Assembly (NCBI GenBank): GCA_965207885.1
Contig: OZ242311.1
Location: 3,808,001-3,872,000, forward strand
From: Candidatus Latescibacterota bacterium
GTDB taxonomy: Bacteria; Latescibacterota; UBA2968
Direction of reading: 5' to 3'
DNA length: 64,000 bases
The notes beneath the pieces were generated by a model that was not told where the DNA came from, ran no database searches, and worked only from the letters and a program-made list of their open reading frames with translations. The number at the start of each line of letters is the position of its first letter. Position 1 is the first letter of the stretch. Made by a program: the position numbers and the translations under genes. This document shows, in pieces, positions 10,154 through 18,946 of the stretch.

Positions 10154-10555
10154 CTACGCTTCCTCGCGCTGCACCTCCTCCGTTTCATCTGATAATCGAT
10201 CAACCCCTTGTATCTCACTACCCGCATCGCAGTCAGCTTTAAAAACAGCGCCATCTTCAACGATCAAGACGCCAGTTTGAATTTTCCCAATAAAAGTGGC
10301 TTGCGACTGCAAATGCACTTTCTCTTCAGCCACCAGATTCCCCACAATGCGCCCGCTGATCAATGCGTCGCGCACCTTCACATTGGCCTCAATAACACCC
10401 GACTTCCCCACAATCAGCGTTCCGGATGACTCGAGTTCCCCCTTCAAGATCCCATCCACACGCACGCCAGCCGCAATTTGAAAATGACCTTCAGAGACTG
10501 CCCCACGCCCAATAATGGTATTCATGGTCTTGTCAAAATTTGTGTTGCGGTCCAT
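10154..10555 (-). CDS. Bactofilin (polymer-forming cytoskeletal protein, CcmA/DUF583)
   Basis: Beta-helix repeats TIIG..G, VRVDG.LKG, LIVGKSGVIEA, ISG.IVG and LIVEDGAVF. Start 10555 has a GAGGAG RBS. Confidence 0.9.
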   Translation of the reverse strand: MDRNTNFDKTMNTIIGRGAVSEGHFQIAAGVRVDGILKGELESSGTLIVGKSGVIEANVKVRDALISGRIVGNLVAEEKVHLQSQATFIGKIQTGVLIVEDGAVFKADCDAGSEIQGVDRLSDETEEVQREEA

Positions 10556-10589
10556 AAGTCTCTCCTCTAAAAGATTACTCAGCATCCAC

Positions 10590-10618
10590 ATAATATAAAT
10601 CACAGCATTTCGAGTCAA
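10590..10618 (-). promoter_or_regulatory. Putative sigma70 promoter for bactofilin
   Basis: TTGACT-17 nt-TATTAT on the minus strand. Confidence 0.55.
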
Positions 10619-10640
10619 TTTCTTTCTTCGAACTTTCCGC

Positions 10641-10669
10641 TTGACAAGCATTTTTTACGAGCGTACTTT
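10641..10669 (+). promoter_or_regulatory. Putative sigma70 promoter for the 10705-12837 operon
   Basis: TTGACA-17 nt-TACTTT, upstream of GAGGAG and GTG 10705. Confidence 0.6.
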
Positions 10670-10704
10670 GCGAGCCGTTTTACACCCCAAACCGAGGAGA
10701 ATCT

Positions 10705-11079
10705 GTGGCATTCACAATTACCAAAACCGTTCGTCCAAACGCCGTGTGGCAAGAAATGTATCTCCAGATACAAAAAGATCAGCGCGTAATTATCACAGCA
10801 GAGGGCCTCTGGTCTCCCGAGATGCGTCCGCTTACCATTGTCTGGTGTGGTCCCGATGGCATTGAAGGGCGTCCCGCCAATGATCAATATCTCTTGCCCG
10901 GCACAAATGTGGGGGCACTCGTTGGGCGCATTGGCGACAGTCCCATTCTTTCAGTGGGCAATTATTTCGATTTTTATTCGCCCTACGAAGGCCCCCTATT
11001 TCTCGCGATGAATGAAAATCCCGAATACCACAGCCAAGCCGGTTCTCTCCACGCGCAAATCATCTTGTTTGACCTGTGA
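10705..11079 (+). CDS. Small LecA/PA-IL-like (galactose-binding-like fold) protein
   Basis: ITAEGLW...GALVGRIG...GPLFLAMNE pattern resembles PA-IL-like domains. No signal peptide. Confidence 0.55.
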   Translation: MAFTITKTVRPNAVWQEMYLQIQKDQRVIITAEGLWSPEMRPLTIVWCGPDGIEGRPANDQYLLPGTNVGALVGRIGDSPILSVGNYFDFYSPYEGPLFLAMNENPEYHSQAGSLHAQIILFDL

Positions 11080-11858
11080 AACTAATCCGCTTTTTTGCCC
11101 GAGAATACGCCCTTTCAGGGCTATTTATCATCCTGCTGCTCGGATTGTGGGAAATAGTCGTGCGAGCCCTCGACCTCGCCGCATTTATCCTTCCCCCACC
11201 CTCTCAAATCCTGTCCAAATTTGCAGCATCCCATCGCCTCCTGCTCTCTCATGGTCTCGTTACACTCACCGAAGCCCTCGGCGGCTTTCTCACAGGCGCA
11301 TCATCGGGGCTACTTTGCGCTATAGCAATGGCCCGTTCCCGCCTGATTGAACGGATGCTCTATCCGCTGGTCATCTCCACGCAGACCTTTCCCAAAGAGG
11401 CACTGGCTCCTGTCTTCGTCATCTGGTTTGGATTTGGCCTTTTGCCCAAAGTGATTATTGCGGGCCTCATTTCCTTTTTTCCCGTTGTGATCAACACCAC
11501 GCGCGGTCTCTTATCCGTTGACAAATCCATCCTCGACTTAATGCGATCACTCTCGGCCAGCCAACGACAAATTTTTTTTAAAGTGCGCTTGCCCAATGCC
11601 ATTCCCTATCTTTTTGCCGCACTCAAAATGTGCATCACGCTCAGTGTGATTGGCGCGGTAGTCGGCGAATTTGTCGGCTCCAGTGCAGGTCTGGGCCACC
11701 TCATTCGGCTCGCCAATTCAGAACTCGCCACCGATTTGATGTTTGCCGCTCTGCTCGCACTCGGGTGTATGGGCACGGGCCTGTTTTTGCTCGTTGACGG
11801 CCTCGAAAAAACAGCCCTGCGCCGTTGGGGCGGCGCCGTTGAAACCATAGGTCGCTAA
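11076..11858 (+). CDS. ABC transporter permease, NitT/TauT (SsuC/TauC) family
   Basis: ILPPPS, PKEALAPVFVIWFG, EAA-like loop, GAVVGEF..S..GLG. Confidence 0.9.
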   Translation: MKLIRFFAREYALSGLFIILLLGLWEIVVRALDLAAFILPPPSQILSKFAASHRLLLSHGLVTLTEALGGFLTGASSGLLCAIAMARSRLIERMLYPLVISTQTFPKEALAPVFVIWFGFGLLPKVIIAGLISFFPVVINTTRGLLSVDKSILDLMRSLSASQRQIFFKVRLPNAIPYLFAALKMCITLSVIGAVVGEFVGSSAGLGHLIRLANSELATDLMFAALLALGCMGTGLFLLVDGLEKTALRRWGGAVETIGR

Positions 11859-11871
11859 AAGGAGTATTCCC

Positions 11872-12837
11872 ATGCAAAAAATATTCATCGCTCTTGCCCT
11901 CGCACTCATCACCCTGTCCTGTACGAGTACAGACAAGACACAGGTACAGTTCATTCTCGACTGGAAGGCGCAGATGGAACACGCGGGCTTTTTTGTCGCC
12001 AAACAAAAGGGGTTTTACGAACAAGAGGGACTTGAGATCGAAATCCTCGAAGGCAGTGGTGCCCCCACTTCAGCTCGCGTCGTGGGCAACGGCACCTACA
12101 AACTCGGCGTGGCCAGCGGATCGGCAACTGTTATGGCGAGGGTGCGCAACATTCCCATTGTATCGCTCGCAGTAATCAATCAGCAAACCCCGGTGGTCGT
12201 TTATTCACTCGTAGAAAAAAATATCACAACACCGCAGGACCTGATCGGCAAAAGCATTGGCGTCAATATCGGCGGCACGAAACACCGCGAATTTCAAGCC
12301 TTCTTGCGCCACCAGAATATCCCCGAAGAAGACATACAACTCATGGGCATGAGCGAAGCCAGCCCGGCGCCGCTCCTCGCAGGCCAAGTCGATGCCATGC
12401 TCGGATACACCGAAGACCAACCCGTCACAGTCGAACTTCAGGGCCACGCGGTCAATCGCCTTGCCCTCTCGGACTACGGCATCGATGTCTATAGCACCAA
12501 TATCATTGCCAATGAGTCTTTTCTCAAAGAAAATCCCGATCTGGTCAAACGCTTTTTGCGGGCGAGCCTGCGCGGATGGCAACACGCCGTCGATCATCCC
12601 GAAGATGCGGTAGCAGCCTACATGGCCGCGCGTCCCGAAAGCGACGAGGCCTTCAATCGCGCCAATTTCAAATATCTGATTCCCCTGTTGCAGAGCGCCG
12701 ACACACAACAACAGGGCCTGGGCGCCCAAACTGAAGCAAAGTGGCAACAAACACAGGATATCCTCCACAGCCTGGACATGATCGACCAAAAAGTCGATCT
12801 CAACCTGCTCTTCACCACGAAATTTATGCCTGAGTGA
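11872..12837 (+). CDS. ABC substrate-binding lipoprotein, NMT1/THI5-like
   Basis: Lipobox TLSC, LDW...HAGFFVA..KGFY..EGL and FLRASLRGW. Confidence 0.88.
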   Translation: MQKIFIALALALITLSCTSTDKTQVQFILDWKAQMEHAGFFVAKQKGFYEQEGLEIEILEGSGAPTSARVVGNGTYKLGVASGSATVMARVRNIPIVSLAVINQQTPVVVYSLVEKNITTPQDLIGKSIGVNIGGTKHREFQAFLRHQNIPEEDIQLMGMSEASPAPLLAGQVDAMLGYTEDQPVTVELQGHAVNRLALSDYGIDVYSTNIIANESFLKENPDLVKRFLRASLRGWQHAVDHPEDAVAAYMAARPESDEAFNRANFKYLIPLLQSADTQQQGLGAQTEAKWQQTQDILHSLDMIDQKVDLNLLFTTKFMPE

Positions 12838-14221
12838 AGTCGGGAGCTAATCGCACACCAACCGCCTGCTCATAAGCATAAGCCAGGCGCAAAATCCGAG
12901 CCTCGTCATAAGGTTTGCCGATAATCTGCAAACCAATGGGCAAAACCTCATCAGACCACCCACACGGAACCGACACCGCGCATAAACCCAAAAAATTGAC
13001 CAGCCGCGTTGTCAACCTGACGGGCGCGACATCGACATCTGTGACACGCGGTGCAACCGTCAACATCGTCGGACAAATCACGGCATCCACATCTCGCAGG
13101 GTCTCGCGGGCCGAGATCCGCAACTCTTCGCGCCGCTGTAAAACCGCCGCATAATCTGGCGCAGAAAAAGACGCGCCATGTGCAATCCGCGCTCGAATGC
13201 GCGGATCCATCATCTCGCCATACTCTGCTATAAAATTACCGTGGCACGCATACCCCTCCACACACATAATCATCGCACTGCCGCGCCCCTCAAGCTCTTC
13301 GTCTAACTCTTCCCGCGCTTCGGGAAATTGCATTTCCTCCACATCAACTCCCAAATCACACAAAATCTCTGCCGCGGCTTCTACTGAAGCAATAACCTCA
13401 GCATCTGCCCCATCGCAAAACGGATCGCGCACAAACCCGGCGCGCAACCCCCTTATATCTCGCTTTAACCCGCGAACCACATCTACCAGCGGTTGATTTA
13501 ACGTCACCGGGTCAGCCGCATCAGGCCCCGCGATCGCTTCAAACACCAGCGCGGCATCTTCCACAGACCGCGTCAAAGGTCCCATGCTATCCAGCGTCCA
13601 CGAAAGCGGCATCGCACCAGCACGACTTACCCGTTCCAGCGTGGGCTTGAGACCCACAACACCGCAAAACGAAGCCGGGATGCGGATAGAGCCTCCCGTA
13701 TCTGTACCCATCGCAACAGGTACCAATCCCGCCGCCACAGCCACCCCCGACCCACTGCTCGATCCCCCCGGTACGCGTTCTGATCCCCAGGGATTCGGTG
13801 GTGTACCGTAATGGGGATTCAAACCATAAGGCCCAAACGCGAGTTCCACCATATTGGTCTTACCCATCAACACGGCACCAGCCTGCGAAAGACGCTTTGC
13901 GACAGTTGCCGAATTCTCTGGCACAAATGTATCCCATACTTTCGCACCCGAAGTCGTGCGAATACCCACCGTGTGAAACAGATCTTTAAGCGCAATTGGA
14001 ATGCCGTGCAAAGGCCCCAAATCCGATCCCGACCGCAACATCGCCTCCGCCGCCTGTGCCTCGGCGCGAGCGCGTTCGGCCGTAACTGTAATAAACGCCT
14101 TTGTCTGACCACCGTATTCTTCAATGCGATTGAGTAGCGTATCCACCACCTCAACCGGCGACACATCCCCCGCCCGATAGCGCGCGCCCAATTCCGATAG
14201 GGTTGCAAAATGTATATCCAA
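12824..14221 (-). CDS. Amidase signature family protein
   Basis: LHGIPIALKD, GKTNM.E, PGGSSSGS and GTDTGGSIRIPAS. Start set at TTG 14221 behind GGAGG (ORF track start is 14248). Confidence 0.9.
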   Translation of the reverse strand: MDIHFATLSELGARYRAGDVSPVEVVDTLLNRIEEYGGQTKAFITVTAERARAEAQAAEAMLRSGSDLGPLHGIPIALKDLFHTVGIRTTSGAKVWDTFVPENSATVAKRLSQAGAVLMGKTNMVELAFGPYGLNPHYGTPPNPWGSERVPGGSSSGSGVAVAAGLVPVAMGTDTGGSIRIPASFCGVVGLKPTLERVSRAGAMPLSWTLDSMGPLTRSVEDAALVFEAIAGPDAADPVTLNQPLVDVVRGLKRDIRGLRAGFVRDPFCDGADAEVIASVEAAAEILCDLGVDVEEMQFPEAREELDEELEGRGSAMIMCVEGYACHGNFIAEYGEMMDPRIRARIAHGASFSAPDYAAVLQRREELRISARETLRDVDAVICPTMLTVAPRVTDVDVAPVRLTTRLVNFLGLCAVSVPCGWSDEVLPIGLQIIGKPYDEARILRLAYAYEQAVGVRLAPDFTQA

Positions 14222-14223
14222 AG

Positions 14224-15264
14224 TCAGATATCCTCCCCGGGCGACCACGTCACCCGTCCGGCAATCATGTCCTCTAACAACACAAGCTCCCCACCGCGTT
14301 CTGCCGATGCATTGGCTCCCAGTACAGCCGCCAGACTGTTCAGCGCATCGCCATAAGAACTCCGCATCGCAGTGCGATCTCCCTTCCGTATCGCACCGAC
14401 AAATGCCTCTGCCTGAAACGCAAATGCATTGGGCCGATCATCCCACGCCGCGACTTCTTCACCATTCAACACGACATTTTGCGCCGACCACTCGAAAAAT
14501 GCGTCGTCGGCAACCACCGTCACCTCGCGCCGCGCATAATTCACATTGGTCAACACCCGCGATGTCGTCGCATTGGCAACCACACCGCTCTTAAATCGAT
14601 AATTCACATTATAGGCATAAGGCATATTGATCGGCTCTGGCCCATCACCTTCCGCGCGGTAAAAATAAAACGCCGATACCGCCTCGATATCGCCCAGAAA
14701 AAAACGCAATAGATCAATCATGTGAATGGTATTTTCCACATACGATCCCCCACACAGGGCCATGCGACTCGTCCAGTATCGGATATGCCGTCCGCTGTAA
14801 AACAACTGCACCTGTGCGTGCCTCGAAATCCGCGCTTCGAGCATCGCCTTCAAATATTCAGCAGAAGGGTAATAGCGACTCATGAACCCCACTTGGGAAA
14901 CAATACCCGCCCTATCAATCGCCTCACAAAACACCACAGCCTGAGCCATATCTAAACTCTGTGGTTTCTCCACAAAAAGAGCGATCCCCTTCTCCGCAGC
15001 GATCAACTCCGCATCCGTATGCAAAGCCGGGGGCAAACACACATAAACCCCGTCCAATTCCTCTTTGTCAAACATCTCGTGGTGATCCGTATAAATAGAT
15101 TTCGCGCCCCAAACCTTTGCCTGCTCAGACACAATGCCCTGATCCACATCGCAAAATGCCTGCAACACCATCTCGCCCTTTTCTGCCAATTGGGATAGGG
15201 CTGGCAAATGTGCATTCTGTGGAATATGGCCCAATCCGATCATCCCTATGCGAACGGGTTGCAT
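14224..15264 (-). CDS. Gfo/Idh/MocA family oxidoreductase
   Basis: IGMIGLG Rossmann motif, FVEKP and IHMIDL. Confidence 0.9.
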   Translation of the reverse strand: MQPVRIGMIGLGHIPQNAHLPALSQLAEKGEMVLQAFCDVDQGIVSEQAKVWGAKSIYTDHHEMFDKEELDGVYVCLPPALHTDAELIAAEKGIALFVEKPQSLDMAQAVVFCEAIDRAGIVSQVGFMSRYYPSAEYLKAMLEARISRHAQVQLFYSGRHIRYWTSRMALCGGSYVENTIHMIDLLRFFLGDIEAVSAFYFYRAEGDGPEPINMPYAYNVNYRFKSGVVANATTSRVLTNVNYARREVTVVADDAFFEWSAQNVVLNGEEVAAWDDRPNAFAFQAEAFVGAIRKGDRTAMRSSYGDALNSLAAVLGANASAERGGELVLLEDMIAGRVTWSPGEDI

Positions 15265-15267
15265 ATA

Positions 15268-16164
15268 CTATCCCCCCTCAATCTCTGCAATCAATTCTCC
15301 AGATAATTGCCCGCCATCCGACACACTCACACAATCCTCTAACTCATCAATATCCGATACCCCACACAACAACATCGACACCCTGTTGTCCGACAACAAA
15401 TAGCGCAAAGCCGTGCGCGTCATGGATTCATCTACACCTTCAACAATTTTTTCCACCCGTATTAGATCGTTATACAAATCGGCAAACCGACCCTGTGCCA
15501 TCCACTGATCCCGTTTTGAACCCAACAACCCCGCGTGCAGTGGCGAAGCGCAAATCACAGCAACGCCTTCTGCTGCTGCCGTGGGAATCAACTCCTCGGT
15601 TGCTTCTCGCGTCAGCAAATCGTACTTGCAAAACGTAATCACCGAAACAAAAACATCGGTCTCTTTGAGCACCCGGGACATCAAACCCAGATCAGAACCC
15701 GTCAGCCCAATATAATCACAGATTCCCTGAGCCTGTATCTCCAACAATGCCTCTATAGTTCGCCCCGCATCAAACAACCCGGGCCACTCGGCTTTTTCGG
15801 CTTCGTGCACCTGCAGAAGGTGTACATGATCGCGCTTTAACCGCTTCAAACTCGCATCGAGACCACGCCATACTGCATCGCGTGTATAGTCAAACGGCTC
15901 GGGATAATACCCCACCTTTGTCGCCAGATAATACGGCTCTCTTACGCCCGACAGCGCGACGCCCAACACCTCTTCGCTGCGCCCGCGCCCGTAAAGCGGT
16001 GCGGTATCGAAATAATTCACACCCAATTCCAGCGCCCGTTCCACTATCGCCACGCCATGCGACACCGGTTTTAGCCCCATCTCCGGGCGCCCGTAGAACC
16101 ACGACCCGCCAAGCCCTATCTCACTGACCTCCCATCCCGTTTTACCAAATATTCTGTATTCCAT
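15268..16164 (-). CDS. Aldo/keto reductase
   Basis: MEYRIFGKTG..VSEIGLG, NYFDTAPLYG, LATKVG and SLKRL..D...LLQVH. True start is ATG 16164. Confidence 0.9.
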   Translation of the reverse strand: MEYRIFGKTGWEVSEIGLGGSWFYGRPEMGLKPVSHGVAIVERALELGVNYFDTAPLYGRGRSEEVLGVALSGVREPYYLATKVGYYPEPFDYTRDAVWRGLDASLKRLKRDHVHLLQVHEAEKAEWPGLFDAGRTIEALLEIQAQGICDYIGLTGSDLGLMSRVLKETDVFVSVITFCKYDLLTREATEELIPTAAAEGVAVICASPLHAGLLGSKRDQWMAQGRFADLYNDLIRVEKIVEGVDESMTRTALRYLLSDNRVSMLLCGVSDIDELEDCVSVSDGGQLSGELIAEIEGG

Positions 16165-16169
16165 TTTAA

Positions 16170-16844
16170 TTACCGATACCATCGACTCAACGTGACATCC
16201 GATACGGAACACGCATAGAGTAGGCGCAACGCCCACATCTCTACCACAGTACGAACAAAGCCCCACTTGCGCCACCGGCGTGTGGAACTGCATACCCGCG
16301 CATTGAGCATCACAAATTTGCCAATACGCGCCACACGCGCGCAAAATTCGGAATCCTCAAACAACTGCAAAGGTGGAAATCCCCCCACAGCATTGAAAGT
16401 CTCTCGCCGAACATAAATACCCTGATCGCCATAAGTAATCCCCAAATACCGGGAGCGCAATGTGCTGAAAAACGCAACCAACCGAAAACCAATCGTCTCC
16501 TCCGACAACCCGAGCCTAAATCGCCCGCCCACCACACCGAATACGCGCAACGAGTCGCGTATCAACATCAACCCATCAGAGGGCAAAAATGTATCGGCGT
16601 GTAAAAACAAAAACACATCGCCCGTCGCCCTTTCCACACCGGCATTCATCTGCAGCGCCCGCCCTGCTTTCCCTACTTGAACCCATTGTGCCCTACCAAG
16701 CGCCTCAACCACTTCCTGCGTGTCATCCGTACTCCCACCATCTACCACAATTAGTTCCACATCCTCAACACCGCAAAACTGTGCCAGACACGCGCCGATA
16801 ACAGCTTCTTCATTTAGAACGGGAATAATCACACTGATCTGCAC
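16170..16844 (-). CDS. GT2 glycosyltransferase, TIGR04283-like
   Basis: ISVIIPVLNEE, VVDGGSTD, GRALQMNAG, FLHADT, YGDQGI, FED and SSTRRW. Confidence 0.85.
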   Translation of the reverse strand: MQISVIIPVLNEEAVIGACLAQFCGVEDVELIVVDGGSTDDTQEVVEALGRAQWVQVGKAGRALQMNAGVERATGDVFLFLHADTFLPSDGLMLIRDSLRVFGVVGGRFRLGLSEETIGFRLVAFFSTLRSRYLGITYGDQGIYVRRETFNAVGGFPPLQLFEDSEFCARVARIGKFVMLNARVCSSTRRWRKWGFVRTVVEMWALRLLYACSVSDVTLSRWYR

Positions 16845-16854
16845 ATCGACCCCG

Positions 16855-17397
16855 CTATTTTTTTAGTACATCATAAAACTGCCGACCATAACTAATCAGT
16901 GAAACAACGAGAAACGCAACACTCAGACCAATCAGCGCGGGCTTAAGCGCATCGGCATCCCACAAATAGGCCAAAAGCAACCCACTCAGCACCAGCGTTG
17001 TGACCTTGCCCCAAAAATTGGAAGACAATAACACATCGTGTCGCTTAACCAGATACATCCCCGCAAAAAAAATCACCACATCGCGCAACAAAACGACCAC
17101 AACCAGCCATACGGGCAAATCTTTGAACACAACCATGGCAATTGTAATCGCACCAACAGCCACTTTATCAGCCAGAGGATCAAGAATCTTCCCCCACTGT
17201 GAAATTTCATCCCGCCAGCGCGCGAGCCACCCATCTATCCAATCGCTGACAATCATCACTACCACCACGCCGAAAGCTTCCCATACATAATCCGGCCCCA
17301 ATGCAATAAGCCATATAGCGGGCAGAGTCAGCACCACGCGCAACAAACTAACGGCATTTGACAGCGTCCAGAAACGATCTCGTTCAGTACTTCCCAT
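16855..17397 (-). CDS. CDP-alcohol phosphatidyltransferase (PgsA-like)
   Basis: Signature DWIDGWLAR...GKILDPLADK. Confidence 0.88.
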   Translation of the reverse strand: MGSTERDRFWTLSNAVSLLRVVLTLPAIWLIALGPDYVWEAFGVVVVMIVSDWIDGWLARWRDEISQWGKILDPLADKVAVGAITIAMVVFKDLPVWLVVVVLLRDVVIFFAGMYLVKRHDVLLSSNFWGKVTTLVLSGLLLAYLWDADALKPALIGLSVAFLVVSLISYGRQFYDVLKK

Positions 17398-17405
17398 ACA
17401 ACACC

Positions 17406-18137
17406 TCACGACAACATCAATTTCAGTCCAATTCCCAGCACCAGAACCAGCACACTGCGGTTAAACCACACTGGGGACAACCGTCGATTCAAAAACAAAC
17501 CGACCGCAGCCCCCAGGAACAAAGCCGGCAACATCCACACATCCATCATCAGACTCTGGAAATTAATCAACCCCAAAAAAACATAAGGCGTCAACTTCAA
17601 AAAATTCAAAACAATGCCAAAAATCCACGCAGTACCCACAAACGTGCGCCCGACCAGACCCTGCGGCAACAAATACAACATCAAAATCACGCCTCCCGCA
17701 GAAACCAATGTGGAAACCACCCCCAAAGTCACGCCAACGCCAAAACGCATCCACGGTCCCGGTGGTCGTACATTCACCAGTACCCGGTCCCTCATGGCCT
17801 GTAGCACTGCAAAAATACATGCCAGAGCGCCTAACATGCGCCGAAACCAGACCTCTGGCACGATATCCAGAATACCCGCACCAATCAAAATACCCAGCAC
17901 CATGCCGGGCATCAACGCCTTGACATGGTCTCCAACCCAATGCCCCCAGTAGTACCGCGCACTGATCACATCGGTTGCCAGAGAAAGTGGCAAAACAAGC
18001 CCCAGCGCGGACTTTGCGGGCACTGCGAGCGCGAGAACCGGCACAGCCACCACACCAATGCCACCGCCAAATCCCGCGCGCATCACGCCAATCAAAAAAC
18101 CGCCGACCCCCAACACGACAAAATCAATTATGTCCAT
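17406..18137 (-). CDS. Sulfite exporter TauE/SafE family membrane protein
   Basis: Internally duplicated polytopic protein with GFGGGIG..AVP and SAGG motifs. Confidence 0.82.
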   Translation of the reverse strand: MDIIDFVVLGVGGFLIGVMRAGFGGGIGVVAVPVLALAVPAKSALGLVLPLSLATDVISARYYWGHWVGDHVKALMPGMVLGILIGAGILDIVPEVWFRRMLGALACIFAVLQAMRDRVLVNVRPPGPWMRFGVGVTLGVVSTLVSAGGVILMLYLLPQGLVGRTFVGTAWIFGIVLNFLKLTPYVFLGLINFQSLMMDVWMLPALFLGAAVGLFLNRRLSPVWFNRSVLVLVLGIGLKLMLS

Positions 18138-18945
18138 CAGCGGTTACCTTCACACTTCCACGCCATATCTCAAACGCATTCGCCGCTGGCCCCACCAGAA
18201 ACAGCGCGTAAAACGGCGCGTAAATCGCTTCATTCAAGCGCAAAATCATCTCGACAAAAGCCACCAGAAACGCGACAAAACACTGTCCTTTTCGCGTCAA
18301 TACAGTCGTTCTGGGGTCTGTAATCATAAAAAAAATGAACAACTGATACATTGGTCCTGTAATCGGCGCAATACTCGTCAAATACGCCTGCCCGGTAAAC
18401 GCGCAACGGATGAGGGCAAAGGCCAAAAATGAAATAACATATACCGCGCAGATATGAAATCGCCGCAATCGCCAGAGCGCAGCACTTCCCAGAATCCAGA
18501 TGATTACCATTGTCCACAGGGTATTGCCCCACTGGATACTCAACCCCGCCACCACTTCAGGGGCGAGAAACAGCATAATACTCACCCCAAAATTGGACGG
18601 ATTCCACAAATGCCTGCCGCGCCATCGCAACACATACTTAGATGCAATAGACAATACACTGCACAACACATAAGGCCAAAACAGAGGCGAGCGGATCAAA
18701 ATCCCCACACTAATCCCGGTAATATACGCACTGACCAGCCCCGGCCACACCCCCCACGTCAATCGCCCCAGTGCAAATTCCGTCAGCACGCTACTCAGGA
18801 TAGCTGTCAGCGTCTGCCCCAAACTCTCCAAAAATCCAAAAGTAACCTGCCCTCCAATCAGAATGCACGTAATCAATGCCGGCGACAGATAACGGCTTTG
18901 CAATCCCGCCCAGACCGACTTCCATAACCCGCTCGCTCGATCCAT
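18124..18945 (-). CDS. RnfD/NqrB-like integral membrane protein (UnbU-like)
   Basis: SKYVLR..GRHLWNPSNFG and FFMITDPRTT, which are RnfD/NqrB motifs. Short, with no SGAT flavinylation loop. Confidence 0.75.
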   Translation of the reverse strand: MDRASGLWKSVWAGLQSRYLSPALITCILIGGQVTFGFLESLGQTLTAILSSVLTEFALGRLTWGVWPGLVSAYITGISVGILIRSPLFWPYVLCSVLSIASKYVLRWRGRHLWNPSNFGVSIMLFLAPEVVAGLSIQWGNTLWTMVIIWILGSAALWRLRRFHICAVYVISFLAFALIRCAFTGQAYLTSIAPITGPMYQLFIFFMITDPRTTVLTRKGQCFVAFLVAFVEMILRLNEAIYAPFYALFLVGPAANAFEIWRGSVKVTADGHN

Positions 18946-18946
18946 T

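Noticed and set aside
12824-14221. gatA assignment for the amidase
   Set aside because: No gatB or gatC nearby and a catabolic context. Only the family-level call is supported.
16165-16344. Cys-rich N-terminal extension of the aldo/keto reductase
   Set aside because: Overlaps the glycosyltransferase in another frame. The canonical AKR start MEYR is at 16164.
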